Positions 59,751-64,000 of a stretch of DNA of 64,000 nucleotides are shown here, in pieces. The translations under genes and the position numbers were made by a program. The stretch covers positions 384,001-448,000 of the forward strand of contig CAVTHK010000001.1 in NCBI GenBank assembly GCA_963734495.1. Direction: 5' to 3'. Origin of the DNA: an uncultured Spirochaetota bacterium (GTDB lineage: Bacteria > Spirochaetota > Spirochaetia > SZUA-6 > CAVTHK01). Within the stretch, counting starts at the first letter, position 1. Each line of letters begins with the position of its first letter. The notes under the pieces were generated by a model. The model did not search any database and was not told the origin of the DNA. It saw only the letters and a list, made by a program, of their open reading frames with translations.

Positions 59751-60584
59751 GTGATCCCGGTGAAAGACGCGGTTGCCCGGGTCGTGAAGGTCGCCTTCCT
59801 GCTCCTCGTGGTCGTGATGTCGCTGTTCCCGGTCTACTGGACCTTCGTGAACTCCTTTCGCGACAACACCCAGATCATGACCTCGTTCAGGGTCTTTCCG
59901 GAGCAGGTGCAGCCCACCAACTACGTCAACGTGTTCCTGCGCTCGAAGATCGCCCTGAACTTCATGAACTCCGTCGTGATCGTCACCTCCAAGCTGCTCC
60001 TCCTGTCGATCGCCGCGCTCACGGCCTCGTTCGCCATCTCGCGGTACAGGTTCAGGCTCGGCGTCGCCGTCTACTTCCTCTTCATAGCCGGGATCTTCGT
60101 GCCCGGCATCACGATGATCGGCATGATCTACAAGCTGCTGAGCCAGCTCGGGCTGCTCGGCACCAAGCTCGGCATCGTGCTTCTGTACTCGACGTCGAGC
60201 CTTCCGCTGTCCATATTTCTTCTCGTCGCGTTCATGAAGACGATCCCGAGCGAGCTCGACGAGTCGGCCACCATCGACGGGTGCAACCCGTGGCAGCTGT
60301 TCGCGCGCATCATATTCCCCCTCAGCCGCAACGGCATGGTGGTCGTGCTGATCATCGCCTTCGTCGTCGCCTGGAACGACTACATCTGGGCGATGCTGCT
60401 GCTGCCCACGCAGACCGCGAGGACCTTCACCGTGGCCCTGGCTTTCTTCAAGACCGAGTACTACACCGACTACTCGCTGCTGTCGGCGTGCGTCATCGTG
60501 GGCCTCGCGCCTGTGATCGTCGGGTACGCGTTCCTGCAGGACAAGCTCATCACCGGCCTCACGGCCGCGTCCGTAAAGGGATAG
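59751..60584 (+). CDS. Carbohydrate ABC permease (MalG-like)
   Basis: FPVYWTFVNSF, ESATIDGC, WNDY, GLTAASVKG. Confidence 0.9.
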   Translation: MIPVKDAVARVVKVAFLLLVVVMSLFPVYWTFVNSFRDNTQIMTSFRVFPEQVQPTNYVNVFLRSKIALNFMNSVVIVTSKLLLLSIAALTASFAISRYRFRLGVAVYFLFIAGIFVPGITMIGMIYKLLSQLGLLGTKLGIVLLYSTSSLPLSIFLLVAFMKTIPSELDESATIDGCNPWQLFARIIFPLSRNGMVVVLIIAFVVAWNDYIWAMLLLPTQTARTFTVALAFFKTEYYTDYSLLSACVIVGLAPVIVGYAFLQDKLITGLTAASVKG

Positions 60585-60594
60585 AAAGGCAAGC

Positions 60595-61455
60595 ATGGAG
60601 TACGTCGATTTCGGCGGGACCGGCAGGAAAGTGAGCCGGATCGGCTTTGGCGGAGCGGTCGCAGGGCTCAAGAACTACCTGCATGAGTACGATCCCGACA
60701 GGGACGAGAGCGTCAAGGGCGTCGTCGAGGCCATCGAGAAGGCGCTGGAGCTCGGCATCACCTATTTCGACACGGCCCCCGGCTACGGCGACGGGCGGAG
60801 CGAGAGGATGTTCGGCGAGGCGCTCGCGTCGGTCGACCCGTCGCGCATCTTTCTCGCGACGAAGCTTCCCTACGGCGACAGGAACGCCGTGTTCCGGTCG
60901 GTCGAGGCGAGCCTCAAGCGCCTCAAGCGCGACTTTGTCGACCTCATCCAGATCCACGGCAACTCGTACACGCACGAGCGGACCGCTTCCATCCTCGCGA
61001 AGGGCGGAATGCTCGAGGCGATGGAGGAGCTGAAGCGGCAGGGCGCGGTCAGGTACCTCGGCTTCACGACCGAGGACAACAACGACGGCGTGTACGCGCT
61101 GATGGACAGCGGCCGTTTCGACGCGATCCAGATGTGCTACAACTTCATCTTCCAGCACCCCTACGAGCCGAGCCGGCCGTTCGGCAGCCTGCTGGACGCC
61201 GAGGAGCACGGACTCGGCATCGCCACCATGCGCGCGCCCACCTCGGGAACCTTCCAGCGGTGGATCAGGATGGTGAATCCGGCCAATACGTTCGACTACA
61301 CGCGGGCGCTGATCCAGTTCGTGCTCTCCAATCCGCACGTCGACGTCGCGCTGATCGGGATGCGGACCGCGCGGCGCGTGATCGAGAACGTCGACATCTG
61401 CAACGACACGGCCGGCCGGATCGACCTGAGCAAGCTGCACACCCGCTACGTCTGA
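60595..61455 (+). CDS. Aldo/keto reductase
   Basis: VSRIGFG, YFDTAPGYG, SLKRLKRDFVDLIQIH. Confidence 0.9.
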   Translation: MEYVDFGGTGRKVSRIGFGGAVAGLKNYLHEYDPDRDESVKGVVEAIEKALELGITYFDTAPGYGDGRSERMFGEALASVDPSRIFLATKLPYGDRNAVFRSVEASLKRLKRDFVDLIQIHGNSYTHERTASILAKGGMLEAMEELKRQGAVRYLGFTTEDNNDGVYALMDSGRFDAIQMCYNFIFQHPYEPSRPFGSLLDAEEHGLGIATMRAPTSGTFQRWIRMVNPANTFDYTRALIQFVLSNPHVDVALIGMRTARRVIENVDICNDTAGRIDLSKLHTRYV

Positions 61456-61579
61456 ATGACGCGGCCGCCCCGGCGCGTCGAGGCGCGGGCGGCCGGCGGC
61501 CTTCCTTCAAAGCACATCCTCTTCCTTGACGCGCGGTCTGCGCCGTGCTACCTCACAATCGACAGCGAAAGGAGTCGGA

Positions 61580-62998
61580 ATGAAGGGGTCTGTCGACTTC
61601 GGGGCGCACCTGCGCGCCTGGGACGGTTTCGGGGTCAACTACGTGGCAGCGGCGCAGACGCGCGACTGGCGCAAGTGGCCGCAGGACTACGGCTCGTTCG
61701 AGCTGCTCGCGGAGAGCGACCGGCAGCAGATCATCGAGCTGATCTTCGGCGACGACGGCCTGAGGCCCGGGATCGGCAAGATGTTCATCGACTCGCTGCA
61801 GGCCGGCACGACGAAGCCCGCGGGGGCGAGCGCGGATCCCGCGGTCCTGCAGCCTGCGATCTACGACCACGAGACGACGACCAGGTGGATGCGCTGGTTC
61901 TGGCGCGAAGGGCTCAAGCGCATGCGCGGCCGCGGCGAGGAGCCCCGGCTGGTCGCCACGCTCTACGGGCCGGCGCCGTGGATGACGAAGCAGAAGATCC
62001 TGCGCGGCCGCGACCTGGACCCCGCGGAGAAAGTGCAGGTCGCCAAGTACATCATCTCCTTCGCGAAGCACATGATCGAGAACGAAGGCATCCCGATCCG
62101 CTTCCTGTCGCTGCATAACGAAGGGGGCGTCGAGGAGGCGCGGCGCTGGCCCGCGGACGGCACCGACGGCCCGGAGTACGCGAAGCACGACTACAACTGC
62201 CTCTGGCCCGTCGAGACCGTCGTCGAGTTCATCGCACTCATGCGCGGGATGCTCGACCGGCTGGGCCTCAAGCAGGTGGAGATGGGCAACGGCGAGTGCA
62301 CGCGGCTCGACGGGACCGTCAAGTACGTGGAGGCCATCGTCAGGGACGCAAAGGCGCTCGCCGGCTACGGCCTCGTGACCAGCCACGGCTTTGGCCGCGA
62401 CGACACCATGTTCACGAGCGCTCCCCTCGATCCGATCCGCAGGGTCAAGCCCGACTTCCACGGCTGGGTGACGTCCGCGTCGTGGGGAAAGATGGACCTG
62501 ACGTTCCTGCGCACGATCCACAACCACATCACGATTTCCAAGGTCAACGGCTACATCCCCTGGGCCGTCGTCCAGAGGCACAGCCAGTGGGTGGGGGGCG
62601 ACCCGAACCCCGGAACCGCGATCCTGGTCGACGACAAGGGCGGGTGGTCCGTCGAACGGGGCTACTACCTCTTCAAGCACTACTGCCGCGTCGGGCGGCC
62701 GGGGATGGCGGTGGCGCGCTCGGAAACGCCCGATCCCGAGGTGCTCGTCACGGCGTTCGCCTCCGCCGGGAGCGGCAGCCCCGACGCGGCGGTGGTGCTG
62801 AACACCGGGGAAAAGGCGCAGCGGCTGGAGCTGCGGGTCGAGGGCGCGCGTGGCGGCCGCTTTACCGCGGTCATCACCGACGACCGGCGCACGTACGAGC
62901 GGCTGCCGGACTCGGTGGCCGCGGCCGGGGTGCTCGCGCTCGAGCTGCCGCCGCGCAGCGTGCTGACGCTTCAGGCGGCGGGCTCAACGAGCGCGTGA
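61580..62998 (+). CDS. GH30-like (clan GH-A) glycoside hydrolase homologue
   Basis: WDGFG, PAPWM, SLHNE, YYLFKHY...RPG, TAF...AVVLN, LPPRSVLT beta-sandwich. Confidence 0.65.
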   Translation: MKGSVDFGAHLRAWDGFGVNYVAAAQTRDWRKWPQDYGSFELLAESDRQQIIELIFGDDGLRPGIGKMFIDSLQAGTTKPAGASADPAVLQPAIYDHETTTRWMRWFWREGLKRMRGRGEEPRLVATLYGPAPWMTKQKILRGRDLDPAEKVQVAKYIISFAKHMIENEGIPIRFLSLHNEGGVEEARRWPADGTDGPEYAKHDYNCLWPVETVVEFIALMRGMLDRLGLKQVEMGNGECTRLDGTVKYVEAIVRDAKALAGYGLVTSHGFGRDDTMFTSAPLDPIRRVKPDFHGWVTSASWGKMDLTFLRTIHNHITISKVNGYIPWAVVQRHSQWVGGDPNPGTAILVDDKGGWSVERGYYLFKHYCRVGRPGMAVARSETPDPEVLVTAFASAGSGSPDAAVVLNTGEKAQRLELRVEGARGGRFTAVITDDRRTYERLPDSVAAAGVLALELPPRSVLTLQAAGSTSA

Positions 62999-63002
62999 CG
63001 AG

Positions 63003-64000
63003 ATGAAAGCCGGCGGTTCCCATGAGCCGGTGATCCCCCTGCGCGAGCTTCCCGGCCGGCGGCAGATCAGCGTCGCGCTGCAGGGCTCGAACATCGGGGC
63101 CTGGGAGATGACGATCGCAGACGGTCGAATCACCGGCCTGGATCACTGGGGCGAGTCGTTCGGCTACGGCGAGGATTCCGACGCGCTCGCGTGGCAGAGC
63201 ATGCTCCACCCCGACGAGAAGGATCGCATCCTCGCGCGAGTCGCGGGCTTTCTCGAAGGTGAGATCGATTCGTTCGAGATCGAAGCGCGCGTGCGCCGTT
63301 CTTCGGGCGACTGGCGCTGGGTCGTTGTCCGCGGAAGCATCATCGAGCGCGACTCCCGCGGAAAGCCCACGCAGGCGGTCGGCGTCTTCCTGGACGTCAC
63401 CGATCAGAGGGTCGCGCAGACCGCGCTGCGCGACAGCGAAGAGCGCTACCGCGCCCTGATCGAGAGCGCGGCCGACGCGATCTCGGTCGTGGACGAGGAC
63501 GGCGTCTTCCATTTCCTCAACGGCGTGGCCGCCCAGCGGCTCGGCGGCCGGCCCGAGCAGTTCGTCGGCAGGACCATGGCCGAGCTGTTTCCTCCCGAGA
63601 TCGCGCAGCCCCAGCTCGAGCACGTCAGAGAAGTCATCCGCACCAGGCAGGGCATCGTCAAGAACTCCGTGACCGTGCTGCAGGCCGAGACGCGCCTCTA
63701 CCACACGAGCCTGCAGCCCCTCAAGCAGGCGGCCAGCGGACGGCCGGCGGCCCTGATCGTCGCGCGCGACATCACCGAGCAGCGCAAGAGCCAGGAGGAG
63801 CTCACGAGCCTGAACGCTCAGCTCACGGCCCGCGCCAACCAGCTGCGCATGCTCGCCGCCGAGCTCACCCTCGCGGAGCAGCGCGAGAGGCAGCGGGTGT
63901 CCGAGATCCTGCACGACCACGTGCAGCAGACGCTCGCCGCGGCCAAGCTGCGCCTCGGGATGCTCCGCGGGCACGCGCCGGGCCCCGAGGGCCAGGAGCT
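63003..64000 (+). CDS. PAS-PAS sensor histidine kinase (HisKA_3), 3'-truncated by window edge; absent from the ORF track
   Basis: My translation: GAWE...MLHPDE...GDWRWV...DVT (PAS_3), SEERYRALIE (PAS), EQRERQRVSEILHDHVQQTL (HisKA_3 H-box). Confidence 0.88.
   Translation, partial: MKAGGSHEPVIPLRELPGRRQISVALQGSNIGAWEMTIADGRITGLDHWGESFGYGEDSDALAWQSMLHPDEKDRILARVAGFLEGEIDSFEIEARVRRSSGDWRWVVVRGSIIERDSRGKPTQAVGVFLDVTDQRVAQTALRDSEERYRALIESAADAISVVDEDGVFHFLNGVAAQRLGGRPEQFVGRTMAELFPPEIAQPQLEHVREVIRTRQGIVKNSVTVLQAETRLYHTSLQPLKQAASGRPAALIVARDITEQRKSQEELTSLNAQLTARANQLRMLAAELTLAEQRERQRVSEILHDHVQQTLAAAKLRLGMLRGHAPGPEGQE

Overview
GC-rich bacterial chromosomal segment with about 55 CDSs. I see no rRNA, tRNA, CRISPR array or transposase. 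Solute-binding proteins whose mature N-termini read 'AGGQxE/ASAQSE' with no lipobox suggest a free-living spirochaete-like organism (inference). Main contents: (1) a SAM methyltransferase, GH3-family acyl-amido synthetase and multi-TM hybrid histidine kinase cluster, a candidate small-molecule signal synthase/receptor system; (2) an OsmF/YehZYXW-type ABC transporter; (3) an operon of a cysteine-free receiver/thioredoxin-reductase-like fusion, a cNMP-binding histidine kinase, a four-Cys class III cyclase and an MFS exporter; (4) an AhpD-like protein paired with a second cyclase; (5) many carbohydrate genes (three sugar ABC systems, ROK and FGGY kinases, enolase-family dehydratase, epimerase, GarR, GH51, GHL6-like and GH30-like hydrolases); (6) a stand-alone GHKL ATPase; (7) a TPP riboswitch ahead of a ykoFEDC thiamine ECF operon; (8) a double FMN-binding lipoprotein and an ankyrin lipoprotein. 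Five clear single-base +1 frameshifts and one probable one look like sequencing/assembly errors. Many genes appear to be leaderless. All functional calls come from motif recognition by eye, without database searches.
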